64,000 nt of DNA from Escherichia coli (GTDB lineage Bacteria; Pseudomonadota; Gammaproteobacteria; Enterobacterales; Enterobacteriaceae). Numbering within the stretch: position 1 is the stretch's first letter; each line of letters starts with the position of its first letter. Both the position numbers and the translations under genes were made by a program. Where the stretch lies: NCBI RefSeq assembly GCF_003334355.1, contig NZ_QOWP01000005.1. One strand, written 5' to 3'. Below, one piece after another: positions 1 to 10,774 of the stretch. Under the pieces are notes generated by a model. It saw nothing but the letters and a program-made list of their open reading frames with translations, was not told the origin of the DNA and did not search any database.

Positions 1-597
1 AGATAAGCGGTTCACTTCCGCCTGCGTCGCGTTTTGTTGCAGTTGACGAACTTTCGGCTCGATGCCTAACAGTTTCTGCACATGATGACCGACTTCATGG
101 GCGATAACGTACCCCTGGGCAAAATCGCCATCCGCGCCAAGTTTGTCTTTCATGTCATCATAGAAGGAGAGATCGATATAAACCGTGCCATCCGCCGGGC
201 AATAGAATGGCCCCATTATGGACTGGCCCGCCCCGCAGCCGGTACGCGTCATTCCACGGTACATGACCAGCTTCGGTTGCTGATAGGTTTTACCCATCTT
301 CTCGAACTGCTGTCCCCAGGTGTCTTCCGTAGTTGCCAGAATCACCGAGGTGAATTTTGCGGCTTCGTCTTCATTTGGGCTAATTGACCGCGTTGATTGC
401 TGTTGGGAAACCGGCTGTCCGGTCATCAACCCGGTTAAATCAACGCCATAGTAGCCTGCAACCAGCACGACTATCAGTAAAATCAGCCCGCCTTTACCGC
501 TCGGCAGGCGAAAACCGGGACCGCCCATAGACGGACCACCAGAGCTGTTGCGCCTGTCTTCAACATTGTCACTTTCACGTCGCCCTTGCCAACGCAT
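1..597 (-). CDS. ypfJ: Zinc metallopeptidase-like protein YpfJ, partial (3' end runs off the window start)
   Basis: Reverse-strand ORF with ATG at 595-597 and no stop before position 1; translation [16 protein letters not shown]... contains an HEVGHH (HExxH) zinc-binding motif and an N-terminal hydrophobic segment. Missing from the ORF track because it is open-ended. Confidence 0.8.
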
Positions 598-764
598 AGA
601 TACCTCAACAATATATTCATTATAGAAATGATCGTAGGTGGTTCACAGGAAGATTACCACAGGAAAGCGGGATGAAATGGCGGAGGAATGAGCGTTCAAT
701 GCACATCTTCCGAGAGCGGTTGTCTTGCCGTGCCAGCTGCACGGCAAGATGATGAACAGAAAAA

Positions 765-1478
765 TCAGTCCAGCTGTACACCCAGGCGGCGGGCGACGGC
801 TTCATAGGCCTCGATCAGGCCACCGAGGCTCTGGCGGAAACGGTCTTTGTCCATTTTCTCCAGCGTTTCTTTGTCCCACAGGCGGCTGCCGTCCGGAGAG
901 AACTCATCGCCCAGTACGACTTCACCTTTGTACAGGCCAAACTCCAGCTTGAAGTCGACCAGAATCAGACCAGCATCATCGAACAGTTTTTTCAGCACGT
1001 CGTTCGCTTTGTAGGTCAGCTCTTTCATACGCGCCAGGTTCTCTTTGCTTACCCAGCCAAAGGTTTCGCAGTAAGATTCGTTGACCATCGGATCGTGCAT
1101 GGCGTCGTTTTTCAAGAACAGATCGAACAGCGGCGGGTTCAGCTCAATACCTTCTTCGATTCCAAGACGTTTCACCAGAGAGCCCGCAGCACGGTTACGC
1201 ACGACACACTCAACCGGTACCATATCCAGCTTTTTCACCAGACATTCGGTATCGGAGAGCAGACGCTCCATTTGAGTCGGGATACCCGCTTCAGCCAGTT
1301 TGCTCATAATGAAGTAGTTGAACTTGTTGTTCACCATACCTTTGCGATCAAACTGCTCAATGCGCGCGCCATCCCCTGCTGACGTATCATTGCGGAATTC
1401 GAGCACCAACAGGTCCGGGTTTTCCGTGCTGTATACGGTTTTCGCTTTACCACGATACAACTCAGCTTGCTTTTGCAT
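765..1478 (-). CDS. purC: SAICAR synthetase (phosphoribosylaminoimidazole-succinocarboxamide synthase)
   Basis: ORF 765..1487; I place the start at internal Met ([37 protein letters not shown]...), giving 237 aa; recognised as PurC. Confidence 0.95.
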
Positions 1479-1530
1479 CTTTATCACTCCTGGGTGTGAA
1501 TTAACGTTTTAAAATCTTTTGCTGTCTGGT

Positions 1531-1588
<58 letters not shown>

Positions 1589-1631
1589 CAAATTTCGTGC
1601 GAATTACCGCTAAAATCGCGTTTTCCTGCCG

Positions 1632-1647
1632 ACGCACACGTTTGCGT
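1632..1647. promoter_or_regulatory. PurR operator (PUR box) upstream of purC
   Basis: Near-palindromic acgcacacgtttgcgt matches the PurR consensus ACGCAAACGTTTTCNT; sits in the purC 5' region. Confidence 0.6.
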
Positions 1648-1690
1648 ATCATATCAGAAAAAAGGGCCGGATGATTCCAGCCCTGTATTT

Positions 1691-2725
1691 TTACTTGCTA
1701 AACGCAGCCTGGAAGACAGCTACCAGCGCGTCGTTCTGACTCTGAGTCAGAGTATGACCTTTCGGATCGATGAACTGTAGGCTGCTGCGGTTATCTAAAT
1801 CGCCAACCTGCAGTTTATAGTCACCGGATGCCAGGCCTGGATCGCTCGCGCCCAGTTCCTGCCAGTCGCTGTCAGACAGCGGCTTATAAGTTACGGCCAT
1901 GTTGCCCTGCGAACGGGTGCTGTCGGTCACTTTCATGCCCACTTTTTCCAGCGCCGCTGGCAGACGTTGCCAAACCACATTGAACGGCCCGCGTACGACC
2001 AGCATTGGTAAACCGGTGTCATCAGCTGCACTTTGTACGTCCATAGTGGTGGAGGCACGATTTTGCGCAGCGTTCGCGGCGTCAGTGGCAGATTTATCCA
2101 GACCGGCGGAAATAACGTTCATCATCTCCGTGCTGTAACGCTGCATGGAAGCCGCGTCTGCAACCGGTTTGCCCGCCTGTTCCAGGTTCAGCAGTTTAAC
2201 CGTAACCGCCTGCTGATAACCCTGCGGCTTAACAGAGATTTGATAACGACCACGATACTGCTCGTCTTCGTCCAGACGGTTCCATTGTACCCAATCGGTG
2301 GTCAGTGTCTGACCAGCATCATCACGTTGGGTGATGGTGTAGTTTTTCGCCTGCAGCACGCTAACCACCTGCGGCCACAGAGTATTGCCACGACCATTTT
2401 CCACCAGCAATGAAGCGGTATCGCCCGTGAACTGGGTACGCGCGCCAGAAACCAGTGCCAGCGGCTGGGCTGGTGGACGAATGTCCAGCGCCTTACCGAC
2501 AGCACCACTACCGTTGGTCACCGGGATTGCATAATCACCGGAGGTCACCGGCAAAATCATTCCAGCCGGGGCATGAAGCTCCGCAAGCGGTGCCGCTTCC
2601 AGGTAGGCTTCATCACCACTGACCTGACGCTTATAGCGTGAGTCAGAACTACAGGCAGCGAGTAATAAAACAAGCGAAACACCCGCAACCTTTGCCAGGC
2701 GCGACTTTTGAACAGAGTAAGCCAT
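1691..2725 (-). CDS. bamC: Outer-membrane protein assembly factor BamC (lipoprotein NlpB)
   Basis: ORF 1691..2728; start at second Met gives 344 aa ([27 protein letters not shown]...) with a lipobox LLAAC. Confidence 0.95.
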
Positions 2726-2741
2726 CAAATCTCCCTAAACT

Positions 2742-3620
2742 TTACAGCAAACCGGCATGCTTAAGCGCCGCTCTGACCGTCTCACGACCACTGTCGGTGA
2801 TTGGTGTCATTGGCAGGCGCAGCGTATCGGTCGCCACAAGACCCAGTTCCTTACATGCCCATTTCACCGGGATTGGATTGGGTTCGACAAATAGTTTGTT
2901 GTGTAATGGCATCAGACGCTGATTAATAACGCGTGCCTCGGCAAAATGCCCTTCTGCTGCCAGTTTGCACATCTGGGCCATATCACGCGCTGCGACGTTA
3001 GCCGTAACGGAAATAACCCCATGACCGCCTAATTGCATGAAGTCCAGCGCGCTCGCATCATCGCCGCTCAGCAGAACAAAATCATCTGAAACCAGCTCTT
3101 TGATCTGGTTTACACGCGTTAAGTTCCCTGTTGCCTCTTTGATTCCGATAATATTTTTTACTTTCGCCAGACGGCCCACCGTTTCCGGGAGCAGATCGCA
3201 GCCAGTACGGGACGGCACATTATACAGAATTTGCGGCAGGTCAGTATGCTCAGCGATGGCTTTGAAATGCTGATACAAACCTTCTTGCGACGGACGATTG
3301 TAGTAAGGGGTTACCGTCAGGCAGCCGACGATACCACTGTCATTGAAGCGCTGCGTCAGGCTAATGGCTTCCGCAGTAGCGTTAGCGCCGGTCCCGGCAA
3401 TTACCGGAATGCGCCCATCAGCCAGATCCAGCGTCATCATCACCACATCAGCATGTTCGTCATGATTTAAGGTAGCGGACTCGCCAGTGGTGCCAACAGA
3501 AACGATCGCCGAAGTACCGCTGGCGACATGATAATCAATCAGTTTTTTCAAGCTAGCCCGACAGACATTACCTTTTTCATCCATCGGAGTAACAATCGCG
3601 ACAATACTTCCCGTGAACAT
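2742..3620 (-). CDS. dapA: 4-hydroxy-tetrahydrodipicolinate synthase
   Basis: ORF 2742..3638; start at internal Met ([19 protein letters not shown]...) gives 292 aa; GTTGES motif present. Confidence 0.95.
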
Positions 3621-3765
3621 GGGCCATCCTCTGTGCAAACAAGTGTCTCAATGGTACGTTTGGTATGGCATTAAAAGCAAGCAGACAGAACCGTTCTGAT
3701 TGTTGTATGCATGTTTTTTTTATGCTTTCCTTAAGAACAACTCACCCCTTAAAGGAATAACCAGT

Positions 3766-4338
3766 TTGACACTGTCATCGCAACATTATCTGGTGATCAC
3801 TGCGTTGGGTGCCGATCGCCCTGGAATTGTGAACACCATCACCCGTCATGTCAGTAGTTGCGGCTGTAATATTGAAGACAGTCGCCTGGCGATGCTGGGA
3901 GAAGAGTTCACGTTTATCATGCTGCTTTCCGGTTCATGGAATGCCATTACTCTGATTGAATCAACGTTACCGTTGAAAGGTGCAGAACTGGATCTTTTAA
4001 TCGTGATGAAGCGCACGACGGCGCGTCCGCGTCCGCCAATGCCAGCATCTGTCTGGGTTCAGGTCGATGTGGCAGACTCCCCGCATTTAATTGAACGCTT
4101 CACAGCACTTTTCGACGCGCATCATATGAACATTGCGGAGCTGGTGTCGCGCACGCAACCTGCTGAAAATGAACGGGCTGCGCAGTTGCATATTCAGATA
4201 ACCGCCCACAGCCCCGCATCTGCGGACGCAGCAAATATTGAGCAAGCGTTCAAAGCCCTATGTACAGAACTCAATGCACAAGGCAGTATTAACGTCGTCA
4301 ATTATTCCCAACATGATGAACAGGATGGAGTTAAGTAA
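3766..4338 (+). CDS. gcvR: Glycine cleavage system transcriptional repressor GcvR (ACT-domain protein)
   Basis: ORF 3700..4338; the conserved protein begins at TTG 3766 (…TLSSQHYLVITALGADRPGIV…), giving 190 aa. Its stop overlaps the bcp ATG by 1 nt. Confidence 0.85.
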   Translation: MTLSSQHYLVITALGADRPGIVNTITRHVSSCGCNIEDSRLAMLGEEFTFIMLLSGSWNAITLIESTLPLKGAELDLLIVMKRTTARPRPPMPASVWVQVDVADSPHLIERFTALFDAHHMNIAELVSRTQPAENERAAQLHIQITAHSPASADAANIEQAFKALCTELNAQGSINVVNYSQHDEQDGVK

Positions 4339-4808
4339 TGAATCCACTGAAAGCCGGTGATATCGCACCGAAATTTAGCTTGCCGGATCAAGACGGAGAA
4401 CAAGTTAATTTGACCGACTTCCAGGGACAGCGTGTTCTGGTTTATTTCTACCCGAAAGCCATGACCCCCGGCTGTACCGTACAGGCCTGCGGCTTACGCG
4501 ATAACATGGATGAGTTGAAAAAAGCGGGCGTTGATGTGCTGGGTATCAGCACCGATAAACCCGAAAAACTCTCCCGTTTTGCGGAAAAAGAGCTGCTTAA
4601 CTTTACGCTCCTGTCTGATGAGGACCACCAGGTGTGCGAACAATTCGGCGTCTGGGGTGAAAAGTCCTTCATGGGCAAAACCTACGATGGTATTCATCGC
4701 ATCAGCTTCCTGATTGACGCTGATGGCAAAATCGAACATGTCTTTGACGATTTCAAAACCAGCAATCACCACGACGTTGTGCTGAACTGGCTGAAAGAAC
4801 ACGCCTGA
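4338..4808 (+). CDS. bcp: Thiol peroxidase / peroxiredoxin Bcp
   Basis: 156-aa ORF MNPLKAGDIAPKFSLPDQDGEQV... with the peroxiredoxin active-site region TPGCTVQAC. Confidence 0.95.
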   Translation: MNPLKAGDIAPKFSLPDQDGEQVNLTDFQGQRVLVYFYPKAMTPGCTVQACGLRDNMDELKKAGVDVLGISTDKPEKLSRFAEKELLNFTLLSDEDHQVCEQFGVWGEKSFMGKTYDGIHRISFLIDADGKIEHVFDDFKTSNHHDVVLNWLKEHA

Positions 4809-5003
4809 TTACTCTGCTCCATTCCGTGCTGGCTGCGCTTGCGGCCAGCATACCTCACTTCTCGTGATCAAGATCACATTCTCGCTTTCCCCTGCGACAC
4901 GGGTGTCGAATCCATTTTTTGCTGAACGTTAATGACCATCATTTTTGTACCGTTCAGAATCCAGTCAATACATAACTTATTGAATATATTGAGTTAATCA
5001 GAA

Positions 5004-5019
5004 TGGCATCCTTTATGCA
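5004..5019 (+). promoter_or_regulatory. Sigma-54 (-24/-12) promoter of the hyf operon
   Basis: tggcatcctttatgca matches TGGCAC-N5-TTGCA with conserved GG and GC, about 40 bp upstream of hyfA; the operon also encodes the sigma-54 enhancer-binding protein HyfR. Confidence 0.6.
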
Positions 5020-5060
5020 ATATGAAATGCAATGTTTCATATCATTTTCAAGGAGCCGAC

Positions 5061-5678
5061 ATGAACCGCTTTGTGGTGGCCGAACCACTGTGGTGTACAG
5101 GATGTAATACCTGTCTCGCTGCCTGTTCGGACGTGCATAAAACGCAAGGTTTACAGCAACACCCGCGCCTGGCCCTGGCGAAGACGTCAACAATCACTGC
5201 CCCTGTCGTGTGTCATCACTGTGAGGAAGCCCCTTGCCTGCAGGTCTGCCCGGTCAATGCCATCTCTCAGAGGGATGATGCGATCCAACTCAACGAAAGC
5301 CTCTGTATTGGCTGCAAGCTTTGCGCCGTGGTCTGCCCATTTGGCGCAATCAGCGCTTCAGGAAGCCGTCCGGTGAATGCCCATGCGCAATATGTTTTTC
5401 AGGCTGAAGGCTCACTCAAAAACGGCGAAGAAAACGTGCTGCCCCAACATGCGTTGCTGCGCTGGGAACCGGGTGTCCAGACCGTCGCGGTGAAATGCGA
5501 CCTGTGTGATTTCTTGCCAGAAGGTCCGGCCTGCGTTCGCGCTTGCCCGAATCAGGCGTTACGGCTGATCACCGACGATAGCCTGCAACGTCAGATGAAA
5601 GAAAAACAGCGCCTTGCCGCAAGCTGGTTTGCCAATGGCGGGGAGGATCCCCTTTCCCTCACTCAGGAGCAACGCTAA
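5061..5678 (+). CDS. hyfA: Hydrogenase-4 component A, 4Fe-4S ferredoxin-type subunit
   Basis: ORF 5022..5678; start at MNRFVVAEPLWCTGCNTCLAAC gives 205 aa; several CxxCxxCxxxCP iron-sulfur motifs. Confidence 0.93.
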   Translation: MNRFVVAEPLWCTGCNTCLAACSDVHKTQGLQQHPRLALAKTSTITAPVVCHHCEEAPCLQVCPVNAISQRDDAIQLNESLCIGCKLCAVVCPFGAISASGSRPVNAHAQYVFQAEGSLKNGEENVLPQHALLRWEPGVQTVAVKCDLCDFLPEGPACVRACPNQALRLITDDSLQRQMKEKQRLAASWFANGGEDPLSLTQEQR

Positions 5679-7696
5679 TGGATGCCCTGCAATTATTAAC
5701 CTGGTCGCTGATCCTCTATCTGTTTGCCAGTCTGGCTTCGCTGTTTTTACTCGGTCTGGACAGACTGGCTATTAAGCTTTCCGGCATCACATCGCTGGTG
5801 GGCGGCGTGATTGGCATCATCAGCGGAATTACGCAATTACATGCTGGTGTAACTTTAGTCGCCCATTTTGCCACCCCTTTTGACTTTGCCGATTTAACCC
5901 TGCGAATGGATAGCCTCTCGGCATTTATGGTGCTGGTTATCTCCTTGCTGGTGGTGGTTTGTTCGCTCTATTCATTGACTTATATGCGCGAATACGAGGG
6001 CAAAGGCGCGGCGGCGATGGGCTTCTTTATGAATCTTTTCATCGCATCGATGGTTGCCCTGCTGGTGATGGACAACGCTTTTTGGTTCATCGTGCTGTTT
6101 GAAATGATGTCGCTGTCTTCCTGGTTTCTGGTCATTGCCAGGCAGGATAAAACGTCGATCAACGCTGGCATGCTCTACTTTTTTATCGCCCACGCCGGAT
6201 CGGTGCTGATAATGATCGCCTTCTTGCTGATGGGGCGCGAAAGCGGCAGCCTCGATTTTGCCAGTTTCCGCACGCTTTCACTTTCTCCGGGGCTGGCGTC
6301 GGCGGTGTTCCTGCTGGCCTTTTTCGGTTTTGGCGCGAAAGCCGGGATGATGCCGTTGCACAGCTGGTTGCCGCGCGCTCACCCTGCCGCACCATCGCAC
6401 GCTTCAGCGTTGATGTCTGGCGTAATGGTCAAAATCGGTATTTTCGGCATCCTGAAAGTGGCGATGGATCTGCTGGCGCAAACGGGTTTGCCGCTGTGGT
6501 GGGGCATTCTGGTGATGGCGATCGGCGCAATCTCCGCGCTCCTGGGCGTGCTGTATGCGCTGGCGGAACAGGATATCAAACGGCTACTGGCCTGGAGTAC
6601 CGTCGAAAACGTCGGCATTATTTTGCTGGCGGTCGGTGTGGCGATGGTCGGTCTGTCACTGCACGACCCGCTGCTCACCGTGGTTGGACTGCTCGGCGCA
6701 CTGTTTCATCTGCTCAACCATGCGCTGTTCAAAGGGCTGCTATTTCTCGGCGCGGGCGCGATTATTTCGCGTTTGCATACCCACGACATGGAAAAAATGG
6801 GGGCACTGGCGAAACGGATGCCGTGGACAGCCGCAGCATGCCTGATTGGTTGCCTGGCGATATCAGCCCTTCCTCCGCTGAATGGTTTTATCAGCGAATG
6901 GTACACCTGGCAGTCGCTGTTCTCACTAAGTCGTGTGGAAGCCGTAGCGCTACAACTTGCGGGTCCTATTGCTATGGTAATGCTGGCAGTCACTGGTGGG
7001 CTGGCAGTAATGTGCTTCGTAAAAATGTACGGTATTACTTTCTGTGGTGCGCCGCGCAGTACACACGCTGAAGAGGCACAGGAAGTGCCAAATACGATGA
7101 TCGTCGCCATGCTACTGCTCGCGGCACTCTGCGTATTAATTGCGCTTAGTGCCAGTTGGCTGGCACCGAAGATAATGCATATTGCCCATGCGTTTACCGA
7201 TACCCCTCCCGTCACTGTCGCCAGCGGAATAGCACTTGTACCCGGCACGTTTCATACACGGGTCACTCCTTCATTACTGTTGCTGTTACTACTGGCGATG
7301 CCTTTGCTGCCTGGCCTTTACTGGCTGTGGTGTCGTTCGCGCCGCGCAGCGTTTCGTCGCACAGGAGATGCCTGGGCATGCGGCTACAGCTGGGAAAATG
7401 CGATGGCCCCGTCAGGCAATGGCGTGATGCAGCCGCTGCGTGTGGTCTTTTCTGCGCTATTTCGTCTACGACAACAGCTCGACCCTACGCTGAGGCTAAA
7501 TAAAGGTCTTGCGCACGTCACCGCCAGGGCTCAGAGCACAGAACCCTTCTGGGATGAGCGGGTGATCCGCCCCATCGTGAGCGCCACCCAACGGCTGGCC
7601 AAAGAAATACAGCATCTGCAAAGCGGCGACTTTCGTCTCTATTGCCTGTATGTGGTCGCCGCACTGGTTGTGCTGCTAATCGCTATTGCCGTCTAA
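5678..7696 (+). CDS. hyfB: Hydrogenase-4 component B, NuoL/HycC-like membrane antiporter subunit
   Basis: 672-aa polytopic membrane ORF (MDALQLLTWSLILYLFASL...); its ATG overlaps the hyfA stop. Confidence 0.93.
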   Translation: MDALQLLTWSLILYLFASLASLFLLGLDRLAIKLSGITSLVGGVIGIISGITQLHAGVTLVAHFATPFDFADLTLRMDSLSAFMVLVISLLVVVCSLYSLTYMREYEGKGAAAMGFFMNLFIASMVALLVMDNAFWFIVLFEMMSLSSWFLVIARQDKTSINAGMLYFFIAHAGSVLIMIAFLLMGRESGSLDFASFRTLSLSPGLASAVFLLAFFGFGAKAGMMPLHSWLPRAHPAAPSHASALMSGVMVKIGIFGILKVAMDLLAQTGLPLWWGILVMAIGAISALLGVLYALAEQDIKRLLAWSTVENVGIILLAVGVAMVGLSLHDPLLTVVGLLGALFHLLNHALFKGLLFLGAGAIISRLHTHDMEKMGALAKRMPWTAAACLIGCLAISALPPLNGFISEWYTWQSLFSLSRVEAVALQLAGPIAMVMLAVTGGLAVMCFVKMYGITFCGAPRSTHAEEAQEVPNTMIVAMLLLAALCVLIALSASWLAPKIMHIAHAFTDTPPVTVASGIALVPGTFHTRVTPSLLLLLLLAMPLLPGLYWLWCRSRRAAFRRTGDAWACGYSWENAMAPSGNGVMQPLRVVFSALFRLRQQLDPTLRLNKGLAHVTARAQSTEPFWDERVIRPIVSATQRLAKEIQHLQSGDFRLYCLYVVAALVVLLIAIAV

Positions 7697-7706
7697 GGAA
7701 ATCACC

Positions 7707-8653
7707 ATGAGACAAACTCTTTGCGACGGATATCTGGTCATTTTTGCGTTAGCACAGGCCGTGATTCTGCTGATGCTAACCCCACTTTTTACGGGTATTT
7801 CCCGGCAGATACGCGCGCGTATGCACTCCCGCCGCGGGCCGGAGATCTGGCAGGATTATCGCGATATCCACAAACTGTTTAAACGCCAGGAAGTTGCGCC
7901 TATATCTTCAGGTCTGATGTTCCGCCTGATGCCGTGGGTATTAATCAGCAGCATGCTGGTGCTGGCGATGGCCCTACCACTATTTATTACCGTTTCCCTT
8001 TTGCGGGCGGCGGCGATCTGATCACCCTTATCTATCTTCTTGCCCTGTTTCGTTTTTTCTTTGCTCTTTCAGGGCTGGATACCGGAAGCCCGTTTGCGGG
8101 AGTCGGTGCCAGTCGCGAGTTGACGCTCGGCATTCTGGTCGAACCCATGCTCATTCTCTCACTGCTGGTATTGGCGCTGATAGCGGATTCCACGCATATC
8201 GAGATGATCAGCAATACGCTGGCGATGGGCTGGAACTCGCCGCTAACCACCGTACTGGCGTTACTGGCCTGTGGTTTTGCCTGCTTCATAGAGATGGGAA
8301 AAATTCCCTTTGATGTTGCTGAAGCAGAACAGGAATTACAGGAAGGCCCGCTGACCGAATATTCCGGTGCCGGGCTGGCGTTGGCGAAATGGGGACTGGG
8401 GCTGAAACAGGTCGTGATGGCAGCACTGTTTGTGGCCCTGTTTCTGCCCTTTGGGCGCGCGCAAGAACTTTCTCTCACCTGCCTGCTGACTTCACTTGTC
8501 GTTACGCTGCTCAAGGTTTTGCTGATTTTTGTACTGGCTTCAATCGCAGAAAACACGCTGGCACGCGGGCGTTTTTTACTCATTCACCATGTGACCTGGC
8601 TTGGCTTCAGCCTTGCTGCGCTTGCATGGGTCTTCTGGTTAACCGGTCTGTAA
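7707..8653 (+). pseudogene. hyfC: Hydrogenase-4 component C (HycD/NuoH-like membrane subunit), reading frame interrupted
   Basis: N-terminal part MRQTLCDGYLVIFALAQ... (frame of 7707) ends at TGA 8019-8021; the rest (...FPFAGGGDLITLIYLL...WVFWLTGL*) is open only in the -1 frame (track ORF 7934..8653). The span is 947 nt, one base short of an intact 316-codon gene; the break sits at the ccc/tttt run 7996-8002. Confidence 0.85.
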
Positions 8654-8669
8654 GGAGCACTGACGGAAT

Positions 8670-10108
8670 ATGGAAAATCTTGCTCTGACGACGTTAATGC
8701 TGCCTTTTATCGGCGCACTGGTCGTTTCGTTTTCGCCACAACGTCGGGCCGCCGAATGGGGGTTTTGTTCGCCGCACTGACCACGCTGTGCATGTTGTCG
8801 CTGATCTCCGCGTTTTATCAGGCCGATAAAGTTGCCGTCACGTTGACGTTGGTCAACGTGGGGGATGTGGCATTGTTTGGCCTGGTCATTGATCGCGTGA
8901 GTACGCTGATTCTGTTTGTGGTGGTGTTTCTCGGTTTGCTGGTCACGATCTACTCCACGGGTTATCTGACGGATAAAAATCGCGAACACCCGCATAACGG
9001 CACGAATCGTTATTACGCATTTTTGCTGGTGTTTATCGGCGCGATGGCGGGACTGGTACTCTCCTCGACGCTGCTCGGTCAGTTGTTGTTTTTTGAAATT
9101 ACGGGCGGCTGCTCCTGGGCGTTGATCAGTTATTACCAGAGCGATAAAGCGCAGCGTTCAGCACTAAAAGCGTTACTTATCACTCATATCGGCTCGTTGG
9201 GGTTGTATCTTGCCGCCGCCACGCTGTTTTTGCAGACCGGAACGTTTGCGCTTAGCGCGATGAGCGAGTTACACGGCGACGCACGTTATCTGGTTTATGG
9301 CGGCATCCTGTTTGCCGCGTGGGGGAAATCGGCCCAGCTACCGATGCAAGCGTGGCTACCGGACGCAATGGAAGCGCCAACACCGATCAGCGCCTATCTC
9401 CACGCCGCATCGATGGTGAAAGTGGGCGTTTACATTTTTGCCCGCGCCATTATCGACGGCGGCAATATCCCGCATGTGATTGGCGGCGTTGGCATGGTCA
9501 TGGCCCTGGTCACCATTCTTTATGGATTTCTGATGTATTTACCACAGCAGGATATGAAGCGGTTGCTGGCCTGGTCGACCATCACTCAACTTGGCTGGAT
9601 GTTCTTCGGCTTGTCGCTCTCCATCTTCGGCTCGCGGCTGGCGCTGGAGGGTAGCATCGCCTACATCGTCAACCACGCGTTCGCTAAAAGCCTGTTTTTC
9701 CTTGTAGCAGGTGCGCTGAGTTACAGCTGCGGCACGCGCTTGTTGCCGCGTCTGCGTGGCGTATTGCACACCCTGCCGTTGCCTGGCGTGGGTTTCTGCG
9801 TGGCAGCGCTGGCAATTACCGGCGTGCCGCCGTTCAACGGCTTCTTCAGTAAATTCCCGCTGTTTGCTGCCGGTTTTGCGTTGTCAGTGGAGTACTGGAT
9901 CCTGCTGCCCGCCATGATTCTGCTGATGATTGAATCGGTCGCCAGTTTCGCCTGGTTTATTCGCTGGTTTGGTCGCGTCGTGCCTGGCAAACCGAGCGAG
10001 GCCGTCGCCGATGCCGCACCGCTGCCAGGGTCAATGCGCCTGGTGTTGATTGTACTGATTGTGATGTCGCTGATTTCCAGCGTAATCGCCGCGACCTGGT
10101 TGCAGTAA
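8670..10108 (+). pseudogene. hyfD: Hydrogenase-4 component D (NuoM/N-like membrane subunit), reading frame interrupted
   Basis: An SD (aggag) plus ATG at 8670 encodes MENLALTTLMLPFIGALVVSFSPQRRAAEW... and stops at TGA 8778-8780; the main body (GVLFAALTTLCMLS...ATWLQ*) continues in the -1 frame to 10108 (track ORF 8756..10108). The span is 1439 nt, one base short of an intact 480-codon gene; the break is at the G5 run 8758-8762. Confidence 0.85.
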
Positions 10109-10119
10109 GGAGATGATGA

Positions 10120-10770
10120 ATGACCGGTTCTATGATCGTAAATAATCTGGCGGGACTGATGATGCTGACATCACTGTTTGTGATTAGCGTCAAAAGCTAT
10201 CGCCTGTCATGCGGATTTTACGCCTGCCAGTCACTGGTGCTGGTGTCTATTTTCGCCACCCTCTCGTGCCTGTTCGCCGCAGAGCAACTGCTGATCTGGT
10301 CCGCCAGCGCCTTTATCACCAAAGTGCTGCTGGTACCGTTAATCATGACTTACGCTGCACGAAATATTCCCCAGAACATCCCGGAAAAAGCGTTATTCGG
10401 TCCGGCAATGATGGCACTGCTCGCGGCGTTAATTGTCCTGCTTTGCGCATTTGTCGTTCAGCCCGTGAAGCTACCGATGGCTACCGGGCTGAAACCGGCG
10501 CTGGCGGTAGCGTTAGGTCATTTTCTGCTTGGCCTGCTGTGCATTGTCAGCCAGCGCAATATCCTGCGGCAAATTTTTGGTTACTGCCTGATGGAAAACG
10601 GCTCCCATCTGGTGCTGGCGCTTCTTGCCTGGCGAGCACCGGAACTGGTGGAAATAGGTATCGCTACCGACGCCATCTTCGCCGTCATTGTGATGGTGTT
10701 ACTGGCAAGAAAAATATGGCGTACCCACGGCACGCTGGACGTGAACAACTTGACCGCGCTGAAGGGATAA
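10120..10770 (+). CDS. hyfE: Hydrogenase-4 component E (small integral membrane subunit)
   Basis: 216-aa hydrophobic [27 protein letters not shown]... Confidence 0.92.
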   Translation: MTGSMIVNNLAGLMMLTSLFVISVKSYRLSCGFYACQSLVLVSIFATLSCLFAAEQLLIWSASAFITKVLLVPLIMTYAARNIPQNIPEKALFGPAMMALLAALIVLLCAFVVQPVKLPMATGLKPALAVALGHFLLGLLCIVSQRNILRQIFGYCLMENGSHLVLALLAWRAPELVEIGIATDAIFAVIVMVLLARKIWRTHGTLDVNNLTALKG

Positions 10771-10774
10771 TGAG

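Noticed and set aside
82-387. 101-aa plus-strand ORF at the window start
   Set aside because: It lies entirely inside the reverse-strand ypfJ coding sequence (HExxH metallopeptidase-like), so it is an antisense shadow ORF.
4829-4852. Hairpin tgctggc-tgcgcttgc-ggccagca after bcp as an intrinsic terminator
   Set aside because: The stem is present but no T-tract follows; it could be a Rho-dependent or structural element, so I did not call it a terminator.
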